DNA of 64,000 nucleotides from Octopus vulgaris (Eukaryota): NCBI GenBank assembly GCA_951406725.2, contig OX597815.1, positions 197,408,001 to 197,472,000 of the forward strand, read 5' to 3'. Shown piece by piece: positions 26,745 to 40,249 of this stretch (position 1 is its first letter; each line of letters starts with the position of its first letter). The notes under the pieces were generated by a model. It saw only the letters and a program-made list of their open reading frames with translations, ran no database searches and was not told where the DNA came from. The position numbers and the translations under genes were made by a program.

Positions 26745-27302
26745 AGCAGTTGAGATGGAATCAGTGAATGAATGAAAATATCAATATTGCATATGAAGAA
26801 CGCAATGACGAATGGAATTTACCTTCTGATATAATGATACTGAAGTATTAAAATAGCATTTCAGTTCAGATGTCAGCCATATCGTGATATATGTGAAATT
26901 TTCTTGACTCGTTTTCAACGTTTATAAACCATAAATTCTACTAAATGCCTAAAATATCTTTAGTGTCTGTTATTTTTGTCATCTCATTCCTAGTTGACGT
27001 TTGGTGTTTTATTTATATGCAAATAATATATAAATATAGATAGCAGAACATCGAGCATTTTGCTACAGCTATTTCGGTACTGGTGTTTCTACAGCGACGT
27101 TAGATTATTTGGATATTTCAAATACTTGTGCACAAGAACATTTTAAATTAACCATACATGCACACATAACTGTGCCACGTGTGTTCTGTTTAGAGTTAGT
27201 AAAGAGTGGACTAGATTTCTGGGGGTATTTACCTCGTGCAGTCAACAAAGAATGGAAGTAATAAAGAAAAAAAATGAGAAATACATACAGACAGATATGG
27301 AA

Positions 27303-27676
27303 TGGAAGCACTCCGTCGGTTACGACGACGAGGGTTCCGGTTGATCCGAATCAACGGAACAGCCTGCTCGTGAAATTAACGTGTAAGTGGCTGAGCACTC
27401 CACAGACACGTGTACTCTTAACGTAGTTCTCGGGGATATTCAGCGTGACACAGAGAGTGACAAGGCCGGCCCTTTGAAATACAGGTACAACAGAAACAGG
27501 AAGTAAGAGTGAGAGAAAATTGTACAGCAGGGATCACCACCATCCCCTGCCGGAGACCCGTGGAGCTTTAGGTGTTTTCGCTCCATAAACACTCACAACA
27601 CCCGGTCTGGGAATCGAAACCGCTATCCTATGACCGCGAGTCCGCTGCCCTAACCACTGGGCCATTGCGCCTCCAC
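27303..27676 (-). mobile_element. tRNA-derived SINE family 2, full length, tail type A
   Basis: A/B-box-like head TGGCCCAGTGG...GGTTTCGATTCC; ACAGACAGATAT occurs on both flanks, a candidate target-site duplication. Confidence 0.9.
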
Positions 27677-27744
27677 AGACAGATATATAAAGAGAAAGAA
27701 TGAGGAGAATATAATGATATATATATGAAACATTTAAGTAGAAA

Positions 27745-28580
27745 ATGGACTACGTCTTATTCAGCTATCAACCACACCTCCCCATCAAATTTCCTTGATC
27801 TTACTTATACGTATTTCTTCCCATTCTTCTTTCACCTCCGCTACCCAACATCTCTAATACGTCATCAGACACAACGTGTAACTTCTACGTTCTTTGCCAC
27901 TTCACTTTTCTTTTGTGAATAACTACTCCTCTCTTTCAAACATGTAAAAAGTGCTTGTCCTAGTCGTAAAGTGCTACTGTTTCCGAAACTTTCACTTGCT
28001 TCAATTGTAGTCATTAATTTTCTTTTTATAAACCCCATAACGATTTTGATATTAAGTGCACTTCCAAAATATTCGCACACTTCGATTAGATTTCTGGCAG
28101 CTAATGTACTGCACATATATAGGTTAGTGTGACAACCGTCTGAGCAGTCGATTCTAAGAAAATTATTTCGATGTCCGTAATAACGTTTTGAGAATCTCGA
28201 AAGTAGTAGTTTGCCACTTCAAGTATTCACGCTACTCCCTTCACTTTTCTTTTTTATCAGCTTTCGATTTTTTAAATATTCCGCACCGAAGGCGAAGCCC
28301 AACTGATAGCAATCCGAGACCTTAGACTCCTCTAGTTCGAAACCAATGACCCTATTCATGAATTTCATTCTCTTATCACAATCATTACTCCTCGAGTGCT
28401 CCTATCTACTCATCACCCGCACGATACACGCTACCTCCCTAAAATTACCGTGTGCCTTCACTAGCATCTATGACATCTTCCTGCCACTTCTCGCCTACAT
28501 ACATCTCACTCATTTGCTTCGATTTTACTGTATTCGATTTTTTGTAATCCCCATACCAATAAACATCTTTACTCCATATC
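27745..28580 (+). pseudogene. Possible ancient PLE RT relic
   Basis: SAINHTSPSNFLDLT resembles STISNTSVSFLDIS, and FFHLRYPTSLI resembles HFTLRGYPLTTI, of the PLE at 44-47 kb. Confidence 0.3.
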
Positions 28581-28889
28581 CGTTTCCGTTAGTTAATGCT
28601 TGAAAGCCTAGATCTGCAACTCTCTTAAAAATTCTATTAACCTTAAACATCCGTTGACAAACAATTAGTGCTGGTCTCAATTGATTAATTAACGTATATT
28701 GTAGTAGCAGTGGAATAATTAGATATGTTAAATCGCGTATACACATACGCGATTATGAAAAGCTATCTTTGGAAACACACCAGTCATTAACTACTTTAAT
28801 CATCCAGCTTCCTCGCTTCAAGTCGATTCAATGATGCTTGTGCATTTGTGTATAAAAGTAATGTATATGTGACAATATTCTTGTATGGA

Positions 28890-29320
28890 AAGGTGGCGAG
28901 CTAGCAGAAACGTTAGCACGCCAGGCGAAACACTTAGCAGTATTGTACTAGCGGTGGAATAATTAGAGTTCAAATTCCGCCGAGGTCGACTTTGCTTTTC
29001 ATCCTTTCGGGGTCGATAAGTTGAGTACCATTAGCGTACTCGGGTCGATCTAATCGACTGTCTCCACCTCCCCAAAAATGTCGGGTCTAGAGTAGAAAAT
29101 ACTATTCTTGTACTGAGTAATAGGCTGGGCTGGCAAAATCATTAGCACACCAGGCAAAATGTTCAGAATTATGTCGTCCGTTTTTACGTTATGAGTTCAA
29201 ATTTCGTAGAAGTCGACGTTACTATTCATCTTCTCTGTGTTGATAAAATATGTACCAGATGAGCATTGGGGTCGATATAATCGAATTATCACTGCTCTTA
29301 ATTTGCTGCCCTTACGCCAA
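28890..29320 (+). mobile_element. Two adjacent SINE family-3 copies
   Basis: GGTGGCGAGCTAGCAGAAACGTTAGCACG...GAGTTCAAATTCCGCCGAGGTCGAC. Confidence 0.8.
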
Positions 29321-29389
29321 AATCTTGAAATTAGTATTCAAGGTGCAGGGCTGCCACCTACAGTTGGTTTTTGAGTCAGACACTACGAT

Positions 29390-29535
29390 CTCCTTTCGGT
29401 TTCTCTCTACGAAATCCACTCACAAAGCCTTAGTCGGTCCGATATTATAGTGGAAGGCAATATTTACCCAATTTACCACGCTGTGGGACTGAACCCATAA
29501 CCTTGTGGGTGAGAAGTAAGATTCTTACTGCACAG
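29390..29535 (-). mobile_element. Decayed SINE family-1 head
   Basis: AAATCCACTCACAAAGCC...GGGACTGAACCC. Confidence 0.65.
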
Positions 29536-30177
29536 CATATTTGGAAGATCCTAATCGTTTGTTGTTTATAATAAAGTTTGTAGCTGGTAATAATACTTCT
29601 TTATCGTATGTCCTTAAGCAGATTTTATAACATGTAATTACTATAGATTCTGTACGCCTTTGAGTGATGCATTCGGTATCTGTGTTCAGTCACTAAGCGC
29701 GTTACTTATATTCTCTGCACTCTTCTGAAGAATGATCTCCCTGTCTTTTTGGATTAATTACTAATGGCTTGACAATGCATATAAACAAGGTTATAACAGA
29801 GAGTGACGGATTGCACAATCTTTATCAGTATTTATAAATATAGAAAGCCCCGGCAGAAGCGAAGTTTTTTTGGTTTTGATATAATGTAAACTTTGCAAAT
29901 CAACCAAATACGTGTATATTGCTGAGATCGCCTGTACACGAAAATATATGCAAATCATTTCAGAGACATCAGTATCGGCAAATGTTGCAGAAAGGATGCT
30001 TCAGATCCATGGAACAGTAGATGGACGACAAAGAAAGATGACTTACTTTGGTTGGTTTGAAAATTTCAGGTTGTATCAAAGTCAAACACTTTGATTCTGC
30101 AGGGGCTTTCTATGCTTATAATTTCAGGAAGATTTGACTTTTGATTCACTAACGTATGGTGATCTCGTACACACACA

Positions 30178-30258
<81 letters not shown>

Positions 30259-31329
30259 ACACACACACACACACACAAACACACAAACACACAGACACAG
30301 ACAAACTCTTACTCACTCTTTCACACACTCTCTCACACACACTCAGTCACTCGCTCACACACACACATTATCTGTATCCCATACACACAGTGATATATAA
30401 ACGCACACATTTTATTCTTGAACAATGAGCAAAAATTATCAACTGAAACCTGTTTAGGTGAGACATTGTGATTCAAGTAAAATAAGTTTTACATATTGAC
30501 ATGACGTCTCCACCTGATACATATTAATGCGTCTCAACTCCGGCAAGAACCATATACATTTTCACCGGTATATTTACACACCTACAGAAACACTCTAATG
30601 CTTAAAAACATACACGTTAACATATATACATAGATATACTAATGCTCTTACACAGTGAAAGTAGGGAATTCTATGTGATTATTATGTGAAACTATTTACC
30701 GTCCAGAAATAAGATTGTACATAGACAGGGACAATTTTCTGCAGTCAGAGTTAATGGTTGTATGGAATCCTTGAAACACTTTCGGAGTTTGTAATGAAAG
30801 CTGAATATCTTTTAGAATTGTTCTGTAGCCCCGGAGCCATCTAGAGCAAAAGAAAGTAGTTTCATATGAATTGAATACATTCTGTTGTTCGCTCCTATTC
30901 AATGAAGTGGTAAGAAAGTGGAGTTGTTTTTGTTCCTTTTGTTGTGGTTGTCAGTGTTTTCGTTGTTGTTGCCGTTGATCTTGTTGACAGTGGTGGAAGA
31001 TTTTGTGCTGGTGGTTCTATTTAAACCCAGTTCAAACCTTAAACGGTTTTGAAACAATAACGATGACCAAGTAAGATCTTGCATTAGTTTATCCAATGTT
31101 TTCTCCGCCTTTTCTAAGTGTAATATACGATGTCAGGCAGCTATGGTTGTTAATTTGATTTAATTACGACGTAATATTCAATAAATAAACAGTATGAATA
31201 AAGGATATAGTTCTAATTCTATTTACTTTGTCCTAAATAACACCGCATTAGTTGTTTATTATTACACTAAGGCTAATCCTTTCTACTGGAGGGACATGAC
31301 CTCAAATTTTGGTGGGAAGGAGAATAGTT

Positions 31330-31490
31330 GATAGTTGAATAGTTGAGAATAGTTTAACCTAATTTATCGATCCTCGAAAGGATAAAAAGGCAAAGATGAC
31401 CTCGGCGGAATTTGAACTCAGAACGTAGCGACGGGCGAAATACTGCTAAGCATTTAGTCGAGAGTGCTAACGACTCTGGTTGCTCACCGC
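31330..31490 (-). mobile_element. SINE family 3
   Basis: CCTCGGCGGAATTTGAACTCAGAACGTA. Confidence 0.8.
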
Positions 31491-31507
31491 TTTTATTATT
31501 ATCTTTT

Positions 31508-31812
31508 AAGCCCTTTTCAAGCCTAGTCAGGCTCATGGGCCATGTTTCCCGGTTTCTGTGGTGTATTTGTTCCCTCTAGCTGGATGGGACGCCAGTCCAT
31601 CGCAGCGTTACTCAAGAAACAAGAAGAAAAAGTGCGAGAAAGTTGGGGCGAAAGAGTACAACAGGGGTCACCCCCCACCCCCCTGCCGGAGGCTCGTGGT
31701 GCTGAAGGTGTTTTCTCTCAATAAACACACACAATGCCCGATCTGGGACTCGAAGCCGCGATCCTCCGACCACGAGTCCGCTGCCCTTACCACTGGGCCA
31801 TTGCGCCTCCAC
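31508..31812 (-). mobile_element. SINE family 2, tail type B
   Basis: Family-2 head followed by GCTGCGATGGACTGGCGTCCCATCCAG...CCCATGAGCCTGACTAGGCTTGAAAAGGG. Confidence 0.85.
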
Positions 31813-32687
31813 CGCTTTCATTATTACACTACGGCTAATACCGTACTATAGCCGTCATTACGTACAAAGACGTGATTCCATTACTGAATAAGTTTAATCA
31901 ATGAAATTACTCTATACGTATTGCTATATATGAATTCAATTTCATTTCGAATCGTATTTTTCCCTATTTCTTTATACCTTCACTTATTATTCTCACAATT
32001 TGGCACACTCATTATATTAATCATGTTGTTTATGAGATCCGTCTTAATGAAATATTATGAAAAGTTTAATAATTAATATAGAACAGCATGTATGAAACAA
32101 TGACCTAACATCAATGAAAATATATTTAAGAAAAAAAACGAAATAATCTATAGAATTTAAAATATCGAAATTCCATTTATAAATTTCACTTTTCCCATTT
32201 TGTTCTGCTTTGCATCCGTTTCTTTGTTCAGTGAAAATATAATATACAAGTGATCTTAGAGAAAATAGACACAAATTGTTTTGTTTTAAAGAAAGTTTAA
32301 AGTTCATTAACATTACGACAATAGAACTCATTGTATTATCTACAGCGTAATCAAGTGTTACACAGTGTTTCAAAGTCTTTGTTGAAATCGTACACAATTT
32401 TACGGTCGCATATTTCATCATTAGTGCATATGAGGATGTATAGATGCACATACAAATAAAGGATTTGATTTGAATAAATATTAGGTAGCGTGATATATTT
32501 GTAGATAAACACAGAAGAAATACATATATGTGTGTATGGTCTGTGCACATGCACGCTGATATGGTAATAGACACACACACACACTTACATGCGTATATAT
32601 GTGATATTTATATGTTCTTCTCTCTCTCCCTCTCCCCCTCCCTCGTCACCCCTTCTCTCTCTCCCTCTCCCTCCCTCCCTCGCCACC

Positions 32688-32742
<55 letters not shown>

Positions 32743-33284
32743 CCAATGCATGTACGTTTATCATTGTTCAGTTTATATCAATTTTCCTGGCCAATAGAGA
32801 AGGAATCGTGTTCTAACCTAGATCCAAGGCTCCTTCAATGTAATTTCAATATCAACAACAGGATATCTTGGTTGCTTCGTTTGTACGTATGTATATGTGC
32901 AGATTTGGATGTTTTGCTTTATATATGTATTCTCATGCATATAGTTGCATATCTAGACTTGCTCATATATATTTAAATGACAAACTTCTGGAAAGTTATA
33001 CAAATATTTACTCTTCCAGTGGTATGTATCTATATGTGTGTGTGTGTATGTATGTATGTATGTATGTATGTATGTATGTATGTATGTATGTATGTATGTA
33101 TGTATGTATGTATGTATCTATGTGTGTGTGTATGTATGTATGTATAGTTAAAGCTCCCAGGGAGCTCTCGATTAAAGTTGTTCATTATTTTTAGTCTGCG
33201 GAGAAATGGCTAAAATTTGCACTGTTTATATTTATACCATGTGTTACAAAAATACACACACACATATGTGTGTATATATATACA

Positions 33285-33341
<57 letters not shown>

Positions 33342-33342
<1 letters not shown>

Positions 33343-33520
33343 AGGCGCAGGAGTGGCTGTGTGGTAAGTAGCTTGCTAACCAACCACATGGTTCCGGGTT
33401 CAGTCCTACTTCGTGACATCGTGGGCAAGTGTCTTCTGCTATAGCCTTGGGCCGACCAATGCCTTTTGAGTGGATTTGTTTGACGGAAACTGAAAGAAGC
33501 CTGTCGTATATATGTATATA

Positions 33521-33574
<54 letters not shown>
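33342..33574 (+). mobile_element. SINE family-1 head plus internal microsatellite
   Basis: AGGCGCAGGAGTGGCTGTGTGGTAAG...GAAAGAAGCCTGTCG then (TA)n(TG)n; a matching tail is at 34525-34650. Confidence 0.85.
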
Positions 33575-33578
<4 letters not shown>

Positions 33579-33683
33579 AATTGAGATTCAGTTGAATTAG
33601 GTATTTACGTTGAAGCACCAAGTCAGTACAGTATTGACGATACAACTCATAAAATCATAATAAGCAACGGATATCAAGAGGTG

Positions 33684-33771
33684 ATGCAGTATGATCGTTT
33701 CAAGCGGCTCCATTTAATTGAACAATTCAGTCACTACATCAATTTAAATGCAGGGCTATCCTCAGCTGCAT
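33684..33771 (-). ncRNA. Type I hammerhead ribozyme motif with long stem II
   Basis: ATGCAG-CTGAGGA-[stem II including CATTTAAATTGA/TCAATTAAATG]-GAAA-CGATCA-TA-CTGCAT. Confidence 0.75.
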
Positions 33772-34121
33772 ATATAAATATAATTTTTTAATCAGTTTGA
33801 CACATTAATATAATTTTATTGAAATTCTCTAATAGAGCAAGAAGGGGGAAAAGTCCATTTTGCTACTAATATAGCTCAAAATATACTACACTTATAAGAA
33901 CTGCATGAAGATCATTAGGGTCATAGCTTATAACGGATTGTTAATAATAGATTATACTTAAGGGTATCATGCGTACATAGGGTCACTGGTACATTTAAAT
34001 ATTTTTTTAAATTAGCGTTTATAGACGCTGCACCTGAACCTGGATATGGGAAATTAATTTTAGTGCCGTATATGTAAAATTATATTAATATGTCCAACTG
34101 ATTAAACAATTCTATTTATTT

Positions 34122-34209
34122 ATGCTGCTGCGGAGAGCCCTGCATTTCAATCGATGTAATGATTGTATTGTTCAATTAAATGGAGCTGCTTGAAACGGTC
34201 GTACTGCAT
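34122..34209 (+). ncRNA. Type I hammerhead motif, decayed inverted copy
   Basis: ATGCTG-CTGCGGA-...-GAAA-CGGTCG-TA-CTGCAT. Confidence 0.6.
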
Positions 34210-34524
34210 CACCACTTGATATCCTGTTGCTTATATTGACTATATATATATAAAAATCTTGAGAATATTAATTAACAAGATTGATGAACTTACTCGATTT
34301 GCACACGAGGAAAAGGAAAGAGAAGAGAAAGGGCAATCTCTGGAACAGATTTATCAACATCTGACCGAATTATGCATCACTCTTCAATCTTTACTTCACA
34401 ATAATTGTATGAATGAACCCTCCCCCAGACGATACACACGACAGAGCCTCCTCTACGTTTACACAATCAATTAAAAACCGGATTATCCATATCTGGAATG
34501 AGAAAATTGAAGCCAGAAAATTTT

Positions 34525-34652
34525 CTATCTGGAATAAGTACTAGGCTTACTAAGTTTAAATCCTGGGGTCGATTTGTTCGACGAAAGGCGGTGCTCCAGC
34601 ACGACCACAGTCAAACTACTGAAACAAGTGAAATAATAAAATAATAAGAGAA
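34525..34652 (+). mobile_element. SINE family-1 3' tail
   Basis: GGGGTCGATTTGTTCGAC...GGCGGTGCTCCAGCA...CTGAAACAAG. Confidence 0.75.
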
Positions 34653-34689
34653 TATATATATATATATATAGACACGTATATACATATAA

Positions 34690-34860
34690 AGTTAATCCAA
34701 ACAAGAAAGCCCCCAAAAAACACAACAACGCGAGAACGTGGAACAAATATAGTATTATTGGATGCTCAGAAAATCAGGAAAGAAGAAGGGTTTAACGTTT
34801 CGAGCCGAGCTCTTCGTCGGAAACATAGAAGGAAAGATCCAGAGAAGGGAAGACAGATGA
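34690..34860 (-). mobile_element. Solo PLE 3' terminus related to the 43-49 kb element
   Basis: GTATTATTGGATGCTCAGAAA...TTTAACGTTTCGAGCC resembles 43539-43594. Confidence 0.7.
34790..34824 (-). ncRNA. Minimal type I hammerhead variant (CCGACGA core)
   Basis: GTTT-CCGACGA-A-GAGC-TCG-GCTC-GAAA-CGTT-AAAC. Confidence 0.65.
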
Positions 34861-34935
34861 ACATACATACAGATATGTGCGTGTGCGTGCACATATCTGT
34901 ATATGTATAAATTATTATTATTATTATTATTGTTA

Positions 34936-34989
<54 letters not shown>

Positions 34990-35066
34990 TTTACACAAAA
35001 TGCGAAAGCAATGCCAAGACTGTATGGAGTTTTCATGACTTTTATAATGAAAAGAATATAGATATA

Positions 35067-35114
35067 GTCTTACAGCTGTTTCTGGGATATTATGGATATC
35101 CCTTCATCAGAGAC
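35067..35114 (-). ncRNA. Type I hammerhead with canonical core, in a solo PLE-like terminus (about 34985-35120)
   Basis: GTCT-CTGATGA-A-GGGATAT-CCATA-ATATCCC-A-GAAA-CAGCTG-TA-AGAC; palindromic stem III; GUA cleavage site. Confidence 0.85.
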
Positions 35115-35117
35115 GAT

Positions 35118-35162
<45 letters not shown>

Positions 35163-35639
35163 TATACTGCAACATCAACCGCTGCTCTCAATGTAGCGCA
35201 CATACACTCCCACTGCTACCATCAGACTTAAAGTGAGCATAATTTAGAGGCCTTCATACAGCTTTTTTTATGGGCACCATTCCCTTGTATTTGTTCACAA
35301 CTGCATTGCATTTATCAATGCACATTAATAGAGAACTGTATTCATTTTGTTGGCGATTGCCGAATCCTCACACCACATCTCTTCAGCCGAAACAAGATCT
35401 AATTGAACAACATGTTCCGAGACTGAAAGTTAGAGATTTTACTATCGCTCGCGTGCTTTTCACCACCTTTCTTTGATTAAATTACAATAGTTGAAAATAA
35501 ATTATTTCTAATTTCTAACGGCTGGCAGCAATAAGGCTCGGTTGACTAATTCAAACGAATCTACTGTCATTTCAAGTTTGCTTGAACCAAATTAAATGTT
35601 ATATCTAACAATTGAAACGTGAAAATATATTAACCGTGG

Positions 35640-37270
35640 CTGATGTCTAAGTTTTCTGTGAGTACTGGTTGACAAATATTTTGACACCAAGAATTTACAT
35701 CACGTTATCAAAGAAAGCAACAGTAGGATGTTTTCTCACTCAATTCATTCTCAATCCAATGATTCCACTGATTTAAAAATGTAACTTTGAACTAGTGTTT
35801 AGCAACCTAGAAACCACAAACCGTAATATTTCAGTTGAAGAAAAAAATGTTTTTCTGTGAACATGACCTGGAACACTGCAACGTTAATGTACATTATGCA
35901 AAAGTTAAAACAATCACTTTGGTTCCAGCTAATGTATTTCACAATATGGATCCGCAAATAGTAGTCTTGGTTGAATAATACACACCCTAAGACTTGTCAA
36001 CTATTTTTTTACATATCCACTTTCTCGGATATTCATTCAAGAGAAGTATCGCGTTAGAGTTTCTAACGTAAGCTCAGAATACACCACATCAATTCTTGTG
36101 AAGAAAAGTAGTTGTATGTTTCCAAGGAAGACTATTTAAAGCAGTAAATGAATAGATCAATAAGCCAAAATAATGTGTACATCACCAACGAAATAACACT
36201 AAAAAAAAAATTCTCTGCAGAGTGGCATGATGAATCCCTTATTAATTATCGAAGGAAATTTAGAAAGATTGGATCACTTTGAAATTTAGACTCGCTTCTA
36301 ATTCTTCTTTTCATATATTAAAAAAATGACTGATGAATGTGACATATCTTCCCACCGATTTCGGTAACCTGGATATAATAACGACAAGAATTAATAATAA
36401 AATCACCTTAGCAACAGGTTCCTTATAATGTTCTGAAAGAGTGCCGGCATCAACTTATTTCATCTGGCTCATCTCCGGATGAAATCGATTAACGCAGGCT
36501 ATATATCTTTAATCATTGAAATTGTTTAAGTGATGAGAATAGAAATTATCATTATGATTCCATTGCAAACTGGCATGCTACCCGCGGTGTGAGTTTCTGC
36601 TGAAAAGGGGTTCTGCAATAGTTCAAATAGTGTGATGAAGTGGAAGGTCATTTAATACTAATTCAAAATAAATTGACATCGAAAGAGCTTCGAATGTGTT
36701 GTGCGTAGAATTCTTTTAGAAACCCAATCGTATTTGGAGTCCCTAGGAATTTATTATACTGGATTAAGTAGTTGCCGAAACGTCATATATTCGTCAGAAA
36801 TCCTTCATGCATAGCTCTGAGTTATTAGTCTGTCCTGATATAACACTGTTTCGGTCTAATTTTCTTCAATGTTTATATAATATCACAAATGATATTAAGA
36901 AACATTTACAGAAATCTCAGGAGACACTCGGTCAATAAAATCATCAATGAATGACAGCAAAAGAATCTAATTTCCTACCCACATAGGTTTTGTGTTCCCT
37001 ATCCAGAAGCAAACAACTTGTTTCGTTGTCAATAGAAAATTCAGTGACACTCCATTCTCTAGTTGTTTTCATTTATTTCCTTAATGTAAGTGCGTGTCTC
37101 ACTTTGACAGTGGCAACTTTCTTGCATATCATCTACTCGTACCTATGATAAGTCAAATCGAAACAGTACAACCATGTACTAGGACACAGAAGCGGATCAA
37201 CTTTCTCAATGTAACATCCCAGAAACCTAGTAAGTCCTCTGGTACATATTTTTCCTTTTCCTTTTTAAAT
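35640..37270 (-). pseudogene. Highly decayed hAT (Buster/Charlie-like) transposase relic
   Basis: Scattered minus-strand motifs in the expected order: RFCVL, DE..DVS, FI.R.A...KLMPALFQNI, and a frameshifted TEI-RW. Confidence 0.4.
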
Positions 37271-39269
37271 TGATGATTTTAATTAGCATAAGCGTAGTTT
37301 TAACTACATCTCACCAGATTCAATGAATCCGCTAAGGCCAGAGACACTGTTATTTTCACCAAAACCAAGTAAGCTTATTTAAAAAAAAGATAGGATAATA
37401 GCATATGACACAATAAAAACATGTACTTAAAAATATGATATACCAACACTTTTATAAACACATTTGTGAATATGTGTATATAATATGGTATACGTTAAGC
37501 TTATCATTCATTTAATTGCAACAAACATAACGGTAAGATGTACTAACAATATGAAAGATTCTTAATTCTTGGCCCAACTAGCGTAGCTAATTTTACCAAA
37601 TTGGATTTGCTATTGTTTATGTTGATTGGCCTTTTGAGTCAAATGTTATATTGTTATATGTGTATGTATTGGTAACATCACACTATCAAACAAGGAACCA
37701 CTATCTGATCATACGATCTCTTAGAAATTACTGACAAATCTCCCTTAAATATCATTATGATCACTTTAAATATTAGGATTAGATAGACTATTTGAACGAA
37801 AGACAGGTTAATTATAGAGTGACTGATCTGGAGATAAAACTCCTAACATACGAATGGAAGAATATTTTTACTGGTTGATAGTAATTATTCTTATTCAATA
37901 ATCGTCCCTCGTTTCTAGTTTCTAATACATATGTGCATAAATGTGTAAATGCAAAGCTGCGAAATAGTTTTAAAGTCTTTTGAATAGCAGAAAGTAGGCT
38001 CTGGTTCAACATTGCAACTAAATGTATTTCACATTGAAACGCTGCAATTAATCATCTTGAGAAGAGGACAAGACATACCTTATTTATGGTAGCTGTGTGT
38101 TGTCGTAATTTATGTCTTGATTAAAGGTGTACATATAAAGCGTTCATGTTATGTATCTCTTAATCACGTAACACACACGTGCGTGCTCACAGACATGCTC
38201 ATATAAATACATACATGTACACACATATAAATGCAGGCACACACACAAACTCACGCACGGACACACACACACACACACACTTATATGTGTATATAGATAA
38301 AGGTAAGCTTGTATGCGTGCGTGTGTTTGTACTCGAGAAGGAATTAAAGAAAGACAAGACGTAAAGGGTGAATGAGGTTTTAGAAATATATTATCGCTAT
38401 GTCGTAAATCTATATTCAGTAGTCTCGTGCCATTATTGTCGGATGAGCCTGCAATTTCCATATGTTTCCTGTGCTTTTGGATAGAGGCAGGAAGCACGCA
38501 ACAAGACAGACTAAAATGTCACTATGTGTACATGATAAATGAAATGAATGCTTGGAAATACGATAATACCAGCCACACAGTGTATCTGTGTATGTAGCTT
38601 ATTCTAAATGTTGTTCAGATATTGTGCCTTATAATTGCCTGACTTATATTCTTTTCTTAACTAGAATGGAGTTTAAGACCATTATAAACTGTTTCCTCGT
38701 ATTTCGTAAGATTTGTAGTAAATGTCAGTGGTATTTTATCTGTATATAATTTTAATGTATACCGTAGTTATGATAATGGATCAAATTTTGCTATTCTCTA
38801 TGTGCGAAATGATTTCAGCGTTTTATAAACTTTTTCTCATACACGTATACACTTGGTCCTTAATCATAATACGCTCCTCAAACTTTCAACATTTGCTGCG
38901 AAGAGGTTTTATCATGAAGTCAATATGGAATAGACTTTGTGTTATATAACCGCACAAATATGAATAGACGTACAGCATATGACATTTCCCTATAATTTAA
39001 TTTATGGTAGCTTTTTGTTTCAGGTTGCAATACACTAAGCGTAAGGAAGAGTTACGTGAAGGAAGACTAAAGAATAAAGATTTATGTAAAAATGTTTTAC
39101 GATTTATATTCCATTTGGGTGTAATGAACAAATTCATTATAAAATCGCATTTTAGTTGATACATAATAAACTGTGATTGTTTTGTACATTTCCTGTCTGC
39201 ATTGATCTGATGTATTGCTAAAGAAATATTTAGTTCATTTTACAGATTTAAACCAGGTTTCAATAAAGT

Positions 39270-39742
39270 CAACCAGCGACACAATCAGCTGACCAACCAG
39301 CCAGCCAGCCAATCAACCAACCAATCAACCAACCAATCAACCAACCAACTAACAAACCAAACAACCAACCAACCAGCCATCCAACCAACCAACCAACCAA
39401 CCAAGCAAACAGCCAGCCAACCAACCACCCAACCAACTGACCAACCAGCCAACCAACCAACCAACCAACTAACCATCCAACCAACCAACCAACCAACTGA
39501 TCAACCAGCCAACCAACCAACCAACCAACCAACCAACCAGCCAACCAACCAACCAACCAACTAACCATTCAACCAACCAACCAAACAGCCAGCCAACCAA
39601 CCAGCCAACCAACCAACAGACCAACCAACTGACTAACCATCCAACCAACCAACCAACTGATCAACCATCCAACCAACCAACTGATCAACCATCCAACCAA
39701 CCAACAAACCAACCAACCAACCAACCAACCAACCGACTAACC
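39270..39742. repeat. Degenerate (AACC)n microsatellite
   Basis: Read directly; it explains the LVGW ORFs. Confidence 0.95.
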
Positions 39743-40249
39743 CGACGTTCTATTTGAGAAAGTCTGACTGGTAACATGAAGCGTACTTTTGCTAATTGAT
39801 TTAGGTGCGTATGTAGTAGTGAGCACATGCTTATATCCTCTCAACTTGTAAAATTCAATCCAGGGGAGCATCCAGAACGTAAGAGCAATAAAAAGAGATG
39901 ACGTAAATGATTACCAGCAACCGGACTGGATAAAGATATGTCACATTTTAAATTTCTTACATAGCGCCCCAAAACTTTCTTCTTTTCAGGATTCAGGACA
40001 CAAAAGTAATTCCTTATATATACATGCGAGCAAATAAATATATTCATCTCTGTTTACTTTGCCTCATTGGAACGTTCTTTCCTACGGCGCTCAGGAAGCT
40101 GAGAGCTTTCAAAGTAAGTGTAGTTTACGGTAACTAACCTACCTGTCACAGCAAATTAGTAATATGTACCGGTACATTCAGTGACTGGCCAGTTCGTGTC
40201 CGATCAGTCGCAATAAATCTTTCAGTTACCGGTTACTTTTATACATTTC

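Larger units (their letters stand above)
33575..34241. mobile_element. Older PLE-terminus fold-back with two hammerheads
   Basis: Diverged inverted arms at about 33654-33819 and 34073-34241, left tail 33575-33653, microsatellite flanks. Confidence 0.75.

Noticed and set aside
27600-27676. tRNA gene-like sequence
   Set aside because: It is the tRNA-derived head of a multi-copy SINE, with no complete cloverleaf or terminator
32044-32580. 178-aa minus-strand ORF
   Set aside because: AT-rich with no recognisable domain or splice support; likely chance
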